Shown: positions 45,903 through 55,522, counted from the first letter of the stretch. The stretch is DNA of 64,000 nt from a virus (IMGVR_UViG_3300009031_000368:128001-192000); one strand, 5' to 3'. Notes: generated by a model not told the origin, from the sequence alone. Numbers and translations: made by a program.

Positions 45903-46449
45903 TTATCGACGATTGTTTTGCGAACGTCGGTAGATTTTCGCAATCGTTTCATCGTCAACCGGTACTGTTATTTTGGCTAGGATTAACCGATAATTATCGC
46001 CTGGTATTTTTATGTCTGAAGTATTTTACAATGTATTCATCTCCGACAGTAATTTTCATTACAGCAGATGAAGTTAGATTTACTTTTAAAGATGGTTCCT
46101 GTTGTTCTCTGCCAAGCATCCTCAATGTCATATTCCAAACACTTTCGCATGCTGGCTGTAGGTTCCTTGGCAGAACGCTAAGATTTTTCACAACAGCTTC
46201 TACATTGCTGGTAGAAAAAACAATGTCGGATGATTCAATGTGGGTAGGAGATTCATTCACATGAATATATTCATTCCTTAAGTTATTCTGTATTGCTTCC
46301 TCAAAAAAATTCCTAGCATCTTCAAGTTCATCATTGTCATAGCCATATCCATCGGCCCAATCTTCATCACTAACCGTTTTCTCGATTAGCTGTCGCCGTC
46401 TAGATATCAACTTACTGTTTTCTAATTGTTTTGTTCTGTATTGCCTCAT
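45903..46449 (-). CDS. hypothetical protein; stop at 45994 or, after a +1 shift in an A5 run, at 45903
   Basis: GAGG RBS; +1 frame open for 34 codons up to the next promoter. Confidence 0.55.
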
Positions 46450-46462
46450 CTTTTTACCTCAT

Positions 46463-48403
46463 TTACCGGATCGGGCAACTTCCGCCCGCACATTCTTCAG
46501 TTTCAATCCATCCTTCTGTTGTCAATGGATGATTATAGTTAATTGCTCGATTCATGTCAACGAACGTATGTTCATCGATTGATTCATATGGTGGTTGCTG
46601 ATATCCGTGGTCGCTTGGCAGGCAACTGGTAGACTTGAGCAATGGCACATACCGGCGCAGACAGTCGGCCAGTTCATCGATGTTGTTTTTATCAAACGTA
46701 ATGGTTTGACTTACCGCATTATCTGCCCAACTGGTTTGAACAGCTAGTTGGCGTGCGAACTGGTTTTCGACAGAATCATTCTTAACCGTGACTCGTGCAA
46801 CCGATTGCATGGGGAAACTGAATACTAGCGTGTGGCCAGTTTTATCATACACACATGGCTCATATGTTAATCCGGCTTCCTTAAATGCACCAACCATTGG
46901 ATCATTGTCGGCCAACCTGACGCGACGAATGTAATACCGGTCGAATGCCGCATGGTTGCCAGGCGACGACCCGCAAAGCAAACTTATGGTGCCACTTGGC
47001 TTCACCGTAGTCTTTGTAATCGGCCGGTTAACACCAAGCTCATCGGCATAATGGTCTGCGCAATCAATTACATGATCTCGCCATGACACTAGCTGTTCGT
47101 TCGTCCAGCTAAAATCACACAACCCACCAAGAGCAACGCCAATCCTCATATTCTGTTTACCGACCAAATCTGAAACAGGATCTATTAATGCCGGCAACCG
47201 CTGACGCATCGCATACCTGGTAGCAAGTGTCAGTCGCCGTGTGGCCGATATGGCGCCAACCCTAAGTGCTTGAAAAACCTCAGCTAAATTGCACGCCTCG
47301 CCATCCCATAGCGATTGTTCGCCGCACGGATTAAATCCCGTTGCGAATGGATCAGTCTTCCATACATTGACCATGTTTACGATACCAGGTTCTCCAAACA
47401 GTGCCATATCGTTTGCAACACTATACCAATCAAATGATTGAATCTGTTCTTCACTTGTAAACATTAAGCTGTTATTGGATGTATGTCTGTGAGATAATAC
47501 TTTTGCCAGGTCTTTTTTTGCATTTCTAAAGTCCATATCGTACGGATGCCCCAATATCAGCAAAGAACTCCTGCGCACGTTACCTGATTTGATACAGAAA
47601 CCAATGTGGTTCGTGATATCCAGGCACTCAACAGAATTAAGTTTTCTGCCATGCGCACCATCCACAATCTGCCAAATCTCCATCAACATTCTAACAAGTG
47701 GTCCCGGGCCGCATGCCACGCCTCCAAACGTTTTAATGACAGACCCGCGTTTGCGAATTCTACTGACATCGATCTCAATATGTTCACGTCGATATGCAGC
47801 ATGCAATACCATTTGCAATGCTTCCACCCATCCTTCACGAGAGTCCGGCACGATGAATCTATGCTTTTGCATATACCCAATAGACTTGCGCTCCTTTTCA
47901 ATCTCATAAACTGTATCTATGACTTCTTTATAGTCTGCATGTCTCTCATCACATACGATATCAAGAAATGCAAACGGCTTATCACGTTTGCTGGAGACTA
48001 CAGGCATTGTGTCAATCTTCGCAAGACTAACTCCAACACCACCGCCGAGCATCAGTCTATCTGCAACCCAGCACCAATCATCAGGCTTAGAAATTTGTAT
48101 ATTCCAGCAGTTGAACGCCGCATCCGGAACCATTCCCTTAACGCCTCCTGTCCATAATCCACGACCCGGTGGTAATGCCTGCATGGTCCAAAAACAGTCA
48201 AACAGTTGTTTGGCTTCATCGATGGTGCAACGTGGATCTAGATTACAGTTTCCTTCAACCACTCGCCTGATGGTATCGGTCCATGTTTCTCCATCACGAC
48301 AATATTTGGTCAAATATGTGGCGCGGGCCAACAGGTTCGGAAAGCAATCTCCTTTAATGTAGTATGGTGCAAGGAAGTCATAATCTAGTTCGATTCTCTT
48401 CAT
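46463..48403 (-). CDS. nrdJ: class II (adenosylcobalamin-dependent) ribonucleotide reductase, monomeric RTPR type
   Basis: ETW..TI.RVV.G, LPPGRGLW, FNC, DSREGW, GGVACGPGPL, NVRRS, NPCGEQ..CNL, TTVKPSGT, C-terminal CAGGSCPIR. Confidence 0.93.
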   Translation of the reverse strand: MKRIELDYDFLAPYYIKGDCFPNLLARATYLTKYCRDGETWTDTIRRVVEGNCNLDPRCTIDEAKQLFDCFWTMQALPPGRGLWTGGVKGMVPDAAFNCWNIQISKPDDWCWVADRLMLGGGVGVSLAKIDTMPVVSSKRDKPFAFLDIVCDERHADYKEVIDTVYEIEKERKSIGYMQKHRFIVPDSREGWVEALQMVLHAAYRREHIEIDVSRIRKRGSVIKTFGGVACGPGPLVRMLMEIWQIVDGAHGRKLNSVECLDITNHIGFCIKSGNVRRSSLLILGHPYDMDFRNAKKDLAKVLSHRHTSNNSLMFTSEEQIQSFDWYSVANDMALFGEPGIVNMVNVWKTDPFATGFNPCGEQSLWDGEACNLAEVFQALRVGAISATRRLTLATRYAMRQRLPALIDPVSDLVGKQNMRIGVALGGLCDFSWTNEQLVSWRDHVIDCADHYADELGVNRPITKTTVKPSGTISLLCGSSPGNHAAFDRYYIRRVRLADNDPMVGAFKEAGLTYEPCVYDKTGHTLVFSFPMQSVARVTVKNDSVENQFARQLAVQTSWADNAVSQTITFDKNNIDELADCLRRYVPLLKSTSCLPSDHGYQQPPYESIDEHTFVDMNRAINYNHPLTTEGWIETEECAGGSCPIR

Positions 48404-48546
48404 AAAATCCTCAAGAGGTAAAACGATTATACTACCTGTTGTATAGTTTGCTTGACATTACCACAACGGATAGTATGTGTTGTTGTTTGGTGGTAAGATG
48501 AAGTATATCTAGCTGATTGGAATCAGTCAATGGAGAAGAAGGCAGA

Positions 48547-48831
48547 TTAGCGGATTCCTGAAAGGTACCTGTCTAGCTGGTTTTCATCCATACTGGCAAT
48601 ACTCCAAACGCCCGCGCGCCGATCATGGTCGATAAAAACCACAGCGTCATCGCTTTTTACTACTCGCTTAACGTCGGCCGCATAATCGTTGCCAAACATC
48701 TTGTCTGGCGCTGGATCATCAATGGCAACCTCACGCCTATCGCTACGAGTCAACGCCTGGCTTTTGTTAACCGCATAGTGGAGATTATAGTTGTCTGGAA
48801 CATCTTTCAATAGCCGATATTCATACTTCAC
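48547..48831 (-). CDS. hypothetical protein
   Basis: 94-aa ORF, GGAGG RBS. Confidence 0.6.
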   Translation of the reverse strand: MKYEYRLLKDVPDNYNLHYAVNKSQALTRSDRREVAIDDPAPDKMFGNDYAADVKRVVKSDDAVVFIDHDRRAGVWSIASMDENQLDRYLSGIR

Positions 48832-48852
48832 TGCTTACCTCCTTATGGTTTA

Positions 48853-49122
48853 TCACGAGTTACTGACGTTGTCTGCAAGCCAATCAAAGATCCTGGCACG
48901 TAATGCGGTATCTCTAACGCGGTCTCGCTCATACGATTGCTGATATGCAACGAACAAGTCATAGTCTTTTTCGTATCCACGAAAGCCATACTGCTCAACC
49001 ACATACCATTTGCCTTCAAACTCGAAGTCCAAGCGTTCTCCGTCACTGATATGGAGTCTACACAGGTTCAAGATATACTGTTCATTGCCTTGGCCATAAA
49101 TCAGTTCAAATAATCTGATCAT
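48853..49122 (-). CDS. hypothetical protein
   Basis: GAGG RBS at MIRLFELI. Confidence 0.6.
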   Translation of the reverse strand: MIRLFELIYGQGNEQYILNLCRLHISDGERLDFEFEGKWYVVEQYGFRGYEKDYDLFVAYQQSYERDRVRDTALRARIFDWLADNVSNS

Positions 49123-49321
49123 CGGTAACCTCACATCGTCGACATTCCACGTAACTGTCATCTTCGATAAACGTATAGGCTGGAATGTTCAAAATAGGAT
49201 GATCTATGATACCTGTAATCGTATTGACTTTCAATCCTGATTTGAACGGCTTCGGTTCACGACCATGACGGTTGGCCGTTTTACTGCACCGTTTCCCGAT
49301 ATCGTCCATATAGCTTATCAT
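49106..49321 (-). CDS. conserved phage-type hypothetical protein
   Basis: PKPFKSG.K.NT..G...HP....AYTF.ED.S.VEC. Confidence 0.7.
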   Translation of the reverse strand: MISYMDDIGKRCSKTANRHGREPKPFKSGLKVNTITGIIDHPILNIPAYTFIEDDSYVECRRCEVTDDQII

Positions 49322-49605
49322 GTGACCGGCTCTCCCTTCAGCAGGCTGAACATAATTCGCAAAGATTGCCTGGCATCATTGAGCGGATTGTGCCGTGGCA
49401 GTTCACTTTCAAGGCGTTCAAAAGATGCTGTCGGATCATATCCATGTGCGAACAGCATAGATGCCACATCGATAAGCGGATAAACGGGACATTGTTCCCA
49501 TTCGTACGGATTATTCCTGATTGATGCCATGATGAAATTCGATTCAACTGGGAATGGTACATCGGTTACCATAACGGCACCACGGGCCGCCCATGCGCTC
49601 CAATT
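49318..49605 (-). pseudogene. C-terminal half of a DEDDh 3'-5' exonuclease (Rv2179c-like), N-terminal D-x-E motif missing
   Basis: W..W.ARGAVMVTD.PFPVE.NF, YPLIDV.S.L, RHNPLNDAR; no upstream ExoI motif in any frame. Confidence 0.55.
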
Positions 49606-49981
49606 TAGGGGTAAGAACATTGTAAGCCAACATTGCCTCTTGCGGAGTCTCTTGCGGCTCACCGGTATTTACCCAAGTGCCATCAGCAAGTTGCACATGA
49701 TATACGTCAAATTGTTCATGGCATTGTTCCACTGTTCCGGTTAGGACGTATGTCGTTTCATCCCGTTCAAACAGCACTCGCGGATTATCATTGGGCACGC
49801 ATACAAACTTTCGATGCCATGCCGCTACCACGCAGCTATCGATCTGTGATAGCTTTCCGGCCACAAAGCCTGGCTTGCCGTGCTGCTTCTTTGCCAACGT
49901 AAGACGTGCAAGATCAACCTTAGCCTGAGCGACAACACGTTGAAGCGCAGCTATCTTCATGTCAATGAAGTACTGATCCAT
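49544..49981 (-). CDS. hypothetical protein with AP2-like C-terminal motif, running into the exonuclease remnant
   Basis: GGAG RBS; ...ETPQEAMLAYN. Confidence 0.55.
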   Translation of the reverse strand: MDQYFIDMKIAALQRVVAQAKVDLARLTLAKKQHGKPGFVAGKLSQIDSCVVAAWHRKFVCVPNDNPRVLFERDETTYVLTGTVEQCHEQFDVYHVQLADGTWVNTGEPQETPQEAMLAYNVLTPKLERMGGPWCRYGNRCTIPS

Positions 49982-50009
49982 TCAAAGTTCTCCAGCGCAT
50001 ATTGTTTTA

Positions 50010-50438
50010 TCAATCGTAATGGAAACCGTCATCTTCAGGCTGATAATTGGCCCACATTTCTTCTGCGTCCCGTTCAGACTGAATGAACTGTTCAAACCGT
50101 GCCGCTTCCTGTGACTCCAATTCTTCTACACAATGTTCTGAGCAACAATCAGAACGCTCGCCAAATTCATTGACAAACACAAAGGTATTTGTGCGCATCG
50201 GCACATCCATCGTTGCCCCACACCTGGCACATAGATCCGCCATCTTGTCACCGTACTCACCGCAAAGCGATGGGCATTTCTCCTCATCCCATTCCGCTTC
50301 GTCGCACTTATAGGCCGTATCATCGGACAAGTCGGCCGTACATGCCGTATAAGATGATTCTCCCTGATCCCACCTGGTATCCGGCGTACCTTTAACAAAA
50401 TGACCGAAGATACAAAAACTGCACGTCTTTTCACACAT
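50010..50438 (-). CDS. Cys-rich acidic hypothetical protein
   Basis: GGAGG RBS; multiple Cys motifs. Confidence 0.6.
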   Translation of the reverse strand: MCEKTCSFCIFGHFVKGTPDTRWDQGESSYTACTADLSDDTAYKCDEAEWDEEKCPSLCGEYGDKMADLCARCGATMDVPMRTNTFVFVNEFGERSDCCSEHCVEELESQEAARFEQFIQSERDAEEMWANYQPEDDGFHYD

Positions 50439-50730
50439 CGTTGCCTCCACACATCGTTGTGCCGGCCAGTATATGCCGGAACATCATGTCAAACATCATT
50501 TGTCTGTCAGCGCCAGCAACTTCATCGGCCGATTTCAGCGGATAGCTACATGTTCCCATAACAGGATGGCTGTTGATACAGTAGATGGATCCATCGGCGA
50601 AAATGAGACGTTCAACGGTAACATGTCCAGACTTGAACTTCATTGTTGCGCGGATACATGGGTAACTGTCGCCAGATACCAGTTGCTGCTCTACGGGCGA
50701 TAAATTGTCAAAGACTTCCGCGTGAGTCAT
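50431..50730 (-). CDS. hypothetical protein
   Basis: 99-aa ORF. Confidence 0.6.
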   Translation of the reverse strand: MTHAEVFDNLSPVEQQLVSGDSYPCIRATMKFKSGHVTVERLIFADGSIYCINSHPVMGTCSYPLKSADEVAGADRQMMFDMMFRHILAGTTMCGGNDV

Positions 50731-50742
50731 GGTCTTGCCTTT

Positions 50743-51030
50743 CTATCCGAATAGACTTGCAAGGAAGCCTTCAACGGTGTCGCAAAATCCAGCCGGCCAG
50801 TTGTCAATCCTACCATCCTGATCGATCTTGCCAATCAGTTCGCCGTTGAATTCAACAACTACGTCGGACAATCTGTTTTCTTTGACCAACACGCGAACCG
50901 CATATACGACGTTTTCTGTCGACGTATCGATGCGTTCTACCGTGTCGATCAGCTGATAGGCTGCAAACATTGATGCAAGATCTGAATACGCCTTACCGGT
51001 TCCATCGTTGCAGTAATTGATAACCTTCAC
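50743..51030 (-). CDS. DUF3696-like stand-alone protein (paralog of 30552-30908)
   Basis: STEN...AVRVLVKE...VEFNGE..KIDQDGRIDNWPAGFCD. Confidence 0.55.
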   Translation of the reverse strand: MKVINYCNDGTGKAYSDLASMFAAYQLIDTVERIDTSTENVVYAVRVLVKENRLSDVVVEFNGELIGKIDQDGRIDNWPAGFCDTVEGFLASLFG

Positions 51031-51033
51031 ACA

Positions 51034-51291
51034 TTACTCCGCGCGGCTTGCCGTGAAAGCCAGCATTGATTTCTTAAATTCCAAATCCATCAAGGGATTG
51101 TCAGCGGGTATGTATTCGCCACTCCCTTCGTCGCCATCCTGGTATACATACATAAGGACAGATTCGTCGCGGAACACATAGTACAACTTATTGTATCCAT
51201 TTCTGACGATGGAGGTACTGAAGCATGCAAATTGCATGGCGTATCGTTCAGACTCCGTTGCCTCAGAATAGATAATGGCTTGAGTTTTCAT
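51034..51291 (-). CDS. hypothetical protein
   Basis: 85-aa ORF behind promoter. Confidence 0.6.
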   Translation of the reverse strand: MKTQAIIYSEATESERYAMQFACFSTSIVRNGYNKLYYVFRDESVLMYVYQDGDEGSGEYIPADNPLMDLEFKKSMLAFTASRAE

Positions 51292-51336
51292 GAATCATTT
51301 CCTTGTTTGATGTTTTGTAATTTAAAAACTACAAAC

Positions 51337-51375
51337 AAGATATCATGGGCAGGCAGGTTTGTCAAGAGGAAATTT
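51337..51375 (-). promoter_or_regulatory. strong early-type promoter
   Basis: AAATTTCCTC-TTGACA-N17-TATCTT. Confidence 0.8.
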
Positions 51376-51390
51376 TAAGGATGGATCGAT

Positions 51391-51606
51391 TTATCTGGTT
51401 AGCGCCAGAGCTCCACGCCACCAGGCACGTCCGGCCATATAGGAAAGGTCGGCGATCAGGAAGTAACCGGCATATGCCAACGCCAGATAACCATATGTCA
51501 CATTTTCAGACAGCTGCGCAATTGATTGCATGCCGGTTATCGACAGCGCGAGCGCGATAAAGCCGGCAATAATCCAAAACATGAAGGCAATCAGTCTTCC
51601 ATACAT
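51391..51606 (-). CDS. small two-TM membrane protein
   Basis: two hydrophobic helices; AAGGA RBS. Confidence 0.6.
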   Translation of the reverse strand: MYGRLIAFMFWIIAGFIALALSITGMQSIAQLSENVTYGYLALAYAGYFLIADLSYMAGRAWWRGALALTR

Positions 51607-51618
51607 GGTGTCTGTCCT

Positions 51619-52014
51619 TTATTGAGTGAGTCTGATTCTAATCGAACCATCTGGTTCAACCGTCCTAGCCTTTTCCTTCCACCCCTTGGTCACCTTGCCA
51701 ACATAGCGCTCCGTGTATTTCATGGTTAGCTGCTTCTGAACATCTGGCGCGAACTTCCTGTCACGGTCAAAATCGCTGATATGGGCATAACAGGTTCCGT
51801 TAAAAAACTGCCATCCGGCATCATTGGATGCTTTTTCGATATACTGACGGCGCACAATCACATGTGCTTTTTGTGGCCTTACCTTCCCGTGGTAATCAAA
51901 AAGATGCTGCGCGTCCTTATGCACTTCCACGTTGGTAAATCCAATATCGCGGAGCGCGTCAGCCAAACATTCAGCGTCACTGTAATTTACCTCAAATACC
52001 TCGTATGCGCTCAT
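51619..52014 (-). CDS. DUF1257 (Ycf35-like) protein
   Basis: D.ECL..AL..IG...VEVH...L.DY.G..R.Q.A.V.VRR..I..ASND.G. Confidence 0.8.
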   Translation of the reverse strand: MSAYEVFEVNYSDAECLADALRDIGFTNVEVHKDAQHLFDYHGKVRPQKAHVIVRRQYIEKASNDAGWQFFNGTCYAHISDFDRDRKFAPDVQKQLTMKYTERYVGKVTKGWKEKARTVEPDGSIRIRLTQ

Positions 52015-52196
52015 ACCTTCACCTTTTCAGACTTATCTTTATCAAAGAATTCCGGTTTTCTATATATTTTCTTTGACGGGCCTATCCGGGAAAACATTGC
52101 TTCAATTTCGGCCAAACAAGTAGTTCCTGAACCGTTTAGCATTTCTACCTTGATGGTGCCATCTGGCTGAATGATGATGTCTAGCTCTTTTTTCAT
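52011..52196 (-). CDS. DUF2997 protein
   Basis: I.I.PDG.IKVE..NG.G..C.......KPEF. Confidence 0.8.
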   Translation of the reverse strand: MKKELDIIIQPDGTIKVEMLNGSGTTCLAEIEAMFSRIGPSKKIYRKPEFFDKDKSEKVKV

Positions 52197-52399
52197 CACA
52201 ATTCCCTGACCACAATACCGATCCAATCCTGATCGTTATCGATATTCCAATCATGTGTCATCGGCGCATCCGCAACCATGTAGCTAGTGGTTTCGCCATC
52301 AATCGTAAGCTTTAGCGTGTCGCCCGGTTGTGGCAATAAATCAACATCTGCGTGACGGTAAAGTTCAGAACCGTCTCCTGTAAGAAGTACAACGTTCAT
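52196..52399 (-). CDS. hypothetical protein
   Basis: 67-aa ORF, TGATG-coupled to DUF2997 gene. Confidence 0.6.
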   Translation of the reverse strand: MNVVLLTGDGSELYRHADVDLLPQPGDTLKLTIDGETTSYMVADAPMTHDWNIDNDQDWIGIVVREL

Positions 52400-52429
52400 C
52401 CTATTTTCTCCAATTGAATTTCAAACATA

Positions 52430-53020
52430 TCATATGTCAAAATTTCCGTCGCGAAATCTAGACAATATTTCTTCCGAAGGGAAACCCATCAGCAACACTT
52501 CACCGCCGCGCACAATGACTTCGGTGTCATGGTGTTGCATATCGGAAAGTATGTGGCGTTCTGTTAGGAATATAAACTGCTGGTTCGTCGACCCGCGCAT
52601 CCAAGAATTTTCAGGGAGGCGCTTGACATAACGACCGTCCACCACTATATCGACAAGCTGAGCCGTTTCAAGCAAATTCCACACGCCACCAGTATTTTTC
52701 CTAAGCCACTCAATCCTGCGTCCCGTATACAGAATTATGCTGTCAATTCCGGCAAGCCGCAAAACCTGTAAAAATACCGCAAGTTCTTCTATTTGGTCGG
52801 TGGGTTCTCCACCAGAAACAGTTACTCCGTCAATTTCCAATGTGGCTATATGGTTGGCCAATTGTTCAGGCTGGACATCGGTTACATTAGGACCAATTGT
52901 CGCGTGAGTGTGCTGTGAAAAACACCCATCGCATCCAAGCGAACAACCAGCTAGATGTATGACGGCACGTCGTCCAGGTCCATCGACGGTAGATGTTTCA
53001 ATATTGCCATAGATTTTCAT
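52430..53020 (-). CDS. radical SAM protein, NrdG/4Fe-4S single-cluster activase-like
   Basis: VDGPGRR, GCSLGCDGC (CxxxCxxC), SGGEP, YTG, DGRY, RGS.NQ. Confidence 0.9.
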   Translation of the reverse strand: MKIYGNIETSTVDGPGRRAVIHLAGCSLGCDGCFSQHTHATIGPNVTDVQPEQLANHIATLEIDGVTVSGGEPTDQIEELAVFLQVLRLAGIDSIILYTGRRIEWLRKNTGGVWNLLETAQLVDIVVDGRYVKRLPENSWMRGSTNQQFIFLTERHILSDMQHHDTEVIVRGGEVLLMGFPSEEILSRFRDGNFDI

Positions 53021-53041
53021 AGCGATTATCTATCACAACGG

Positions 53042-53731
53042 TTAACTAATGTAAGCAATGATTTCGTAATCGCCGCTGACTTGCATTTTATGCCATGTCA
53101 TCACCAGCATATGCTCAAGCGGCGTTATATTGTAGTAATCTTCTGTCGGCTGACGTTCCAGCTCAATTGTGATACGTCCATCATCAGGCTTGAATCGATA
53201 GCTGTCTGGTGACGATACAAAATTAATGCCATACTGTCGTAAAATATCCTCAGCCTGGTTGACGGCATCAATGACTCTTCCGAAGTATCTGTTCCCATCC
53301 ATGCCGGCCCGTACAAGTTTTGCCGTTAACATCTGTCGCTGATTTGGCTTAAGCTTTGTCGATGGATTGTTTCGTCTGACATTCTTTTCGTTATCCCAAT
53401 AGGCTTCTTTTAGAAAATCGACGGCGGTTTCAAGATAATTGACTGCTGATTCTTTCATACTGTTCCAAAGTCCAGATTGCTTTAAATAAGATGAATCGGT
53501 GTAAACCATATGGCCTTTCCATCGATGTGTTGCCAACACATCAGCCAGTTGCTGCTTTGTAAGTTCTATAACGTCGCCACCATTCGTTGCCGATTCACCG
53601 TTTCTTAACAGTTCTCCATTGTGCCATTCATACGATCTGTCTGGCAATACGGCAACATTGTATTGTTGCTTTTGTCCTGAACCTGTCTGTATGAAATCAA
53701 TAACGATAAATGCACGTTTAATTTTATCCAT
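53042..53731 (-). CDS. hypothetical protein
   Basis: GGAGG RBS at MDKIKR. Confidence 0.65.
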   Translation of the reverse strand: MDKIKRAFIVIDFIQTGSGQKQQYNVAVLPDRSYEWHNGELLRNGESATNGGDVIELTKQQLADVLATHRWKGHMVYTDSSYLKQSGLWNSMKESAVNYLETAVDFLKEAYWDNEKNVRRNNPSTKLKPNQRQMLTAKLVRAGMDGNRYFGRVIDAVNQAEDILRQYGINFVSSPDSYRFKPDDGRITIELERQPTEDYYNITPLEHMLVMTWHKMQVSGDYEIIAYIS

Positions 53732-53759
53732 AGATTGTCTATACCTCCATGGACCAATT

Positions 53760-55322
53760 CTATGCATCATAGATATTAAATGTATCAGGAGTCTCGCGTT
53801 CAACTATCGGTTGTTTGATTTCTCGATTAGCCATCACGGCTCTACCGGATTTTGCCCATCGGCGCAACATGTCAATCTCTTCTTTCATGGTTTTTGAAAG
53901 TGGAACCGTGCAATTGATTGCATCAATGACGTCCTGCTCAATCAGATCCCTGCCATGAAAATACGCTTCATACATGGCCGACTCGATAGCTTGTTCAATT
54001 TCTGCACCATTAAATCCATCAGTAAGCCGTGCCAAAATGTTTACATTAAATTGACTAACATCTCGGTTGCGCTTTTTGATGTGTATTCTAAATATCGATT
54101 CTCGTTCGTCATGTATAGGAAGGTCAACAAAGAATATTTCATCAAACCTGCCCTTGCGAAGCAATTCGGGCGGAAGTGCTGAAATATTATTGACGGTTCC
54201 AACAACAAATACGTGGCTGGTTCGTTCCTGTAGCCATGTAAGCAACTTACCTCTAATCCGCGTTGTGGTGCCATGACTTTCTTGACCGGATCCGCCACCA
54301 GCTAGCGCCTTCTCCATTTCATCAATAAACAAAACGGCCGGCGAGGCAGCTTCAACGACACGGATTGCCGCCGATACGTTGGCTTCCGATTGACCGACAT
54401 ACTGATTCATCAATGAACCAATATCTAGTCGCAATAACGGTAGCTCAAGCATATTGGCAATTGCCTTTGCCGTTAACGATTTGCCACATCCGGAAATTCC
54501 TGCCAGGATTACACCTTTGGGAGTCGATAAACCGAAATCAATGGCCTGTTGGCTGAAAGCACGTTGTCGACGTTCAAGCCAATGCTTCAGGTTGTCAAGA
54601 CCACCGACATCGCTTATTGAAACCATCGTATCGACATATTCCAATAGGCCGCTTTTCTTAACAATCTCTCGCTTTTGCTTTGCCACTTCGGTAGCTGCTC
54701 TGCCGTCTATGGTGCTAAATTCAACACGGCACATCGCAAGCGCGGTATCGAATTCATCTCTGGTTAGTCCAAGTCCCGATCTAACGATCTTATCGATATC
54801 ATCATCTGAAAGTTTATTCTTTGCGTTAAGTCTTTTGGCAATCGTCGTTATCCTGTCAGTCAAGACTTCGCGTGTCGGCATCGGCAATTCAATGACCTGC
54901 ATATCCTTTTCAAGTTCAACCGGCACGCTTTTTACTGGTTGTATGAGAATGATGGTTTTTAGATTTTTTGAATTCCGGAGCGCAAATGTTGCTTCACGAA
55001 GCGCGCGTATTGTTTCTTTTTCATCATGCATAAAAGGGTGAAAATCAAAGCCAACAAACAGTGCATCACCGACATGTTTTATCGCTTCAAAAACAAAACC
55101 AATGGCATCAACCTGTTCAACCTTGTCTTCGTTGACACCATACAACCCCTTTGATACAGACCATAACTTGATTCCTACCATACGAGGTTCGGCCTCAGCA
55201 GTCTTAGGTAGCGATAATCGTCTGGCCACTTCCCTTACATATTCGATGGCCCGGCGCTCTTCATGAGTCACGATTTGGATCAACGGACATTTGGCCATAA
55301 TTAGCTTTTCGAGGATTTCCAT
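53760..55322 (-). CDS. Ycf46-family AAA ATPase
   Basis: N-terminal T.EE.R, DFHPF; VGGLDNLK.WL; GISGCGKS; LFIDEMEK; LPPELLRKGRFDEIFFVDLP. Confidence 0.9.
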   Translation of the reverse strand: MEILEKLIMAKCPLIQIVTHEERRAIEYVREVARRLSLPKTAEAEPRMVGIKLWSVSKGLYGVNEDKVEQVDAIGFVFEAIKHVGDALFVGFDFHPFMHDEKETIRALREATFALRNSKNLKTIILIQPVKSVPVELEKDMQVIELPMPTREVLTDRITTIAKRLNAKNKLSDDDIDKIVRSGLGLTRDEFDTALAMCRVEFSTIDGRAATEVAKQKREIVKKSGLLEYVDTMVSISDVGGLDNLKHWLERRQRAFSQQAIDFGLSTPKGVILAGISGCGKSLTAKAIANMLELPLLRLDIGSLMNQYVGQSEANVSAAIRVVEAASPAVLFIDEMEKALAGGGSGQESHGTTTRIRGKLLTWLQERTSHVFVVGTVNNISALPPELLRKGRFDEIFFVDLPIHDERESIFRIHIKKRNRDVSQFNVNILARLTDGFNGAEIEQAIESAMYEAYFHGRDLIEQDVIDAINCTVPLSKTMKEEIDMLRRWAKSGRAVMANREIKQPIVERETPDTFNIYDA

Positions 55323-55522
55323 ATTTCTCTCCACTTTTGCGGCAACGGATTCTTAACAAAGCCATGATCCCATGTGTACCAACAGCCATCAATTACTTCC
55401 AATTCTTTGCCACAATGAAAGCAATTACAAACACTAAAACCATCGACCGGGCTGACTGGTGCTTCACATCTGCCGCCAATGTCACAACACGGTCGATCGG
55501 CATCACAACATACGTCACACAT
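55301..55522 (-). CDS. small Cys-rich protein
   Basis: GGAGG RBS; 8 Cys in 73 aa. Confidence 0.6.
   Translation of the reverse strand: MCDVCCDADRPCCDIGGRCEAPVSPVDGFSVCNCFHCGKELEVIDGCWYTWDHGFVKNPLPQKWREIWKSSKS

Noticed and set aside
48426-48476. Complete promoters between nrdJ and the next gene
   Set aside because: A perfect TATAAT on the - strand lacks a matching -35, and the + strand TTGACA lacks a properly spaced -10 and a downstream gene.
49628-49658. Direct repeat CTCTTGCGG x2
   Set aside because: Simply encodes PQE-TPQE; too short to indicate a repeat element.
52430-53020. Naming the radical SAM gene nrdG
   Set aside because: No class III RNR in the window and the context is the Ycf46/DUF1257 module, so the function is left open.
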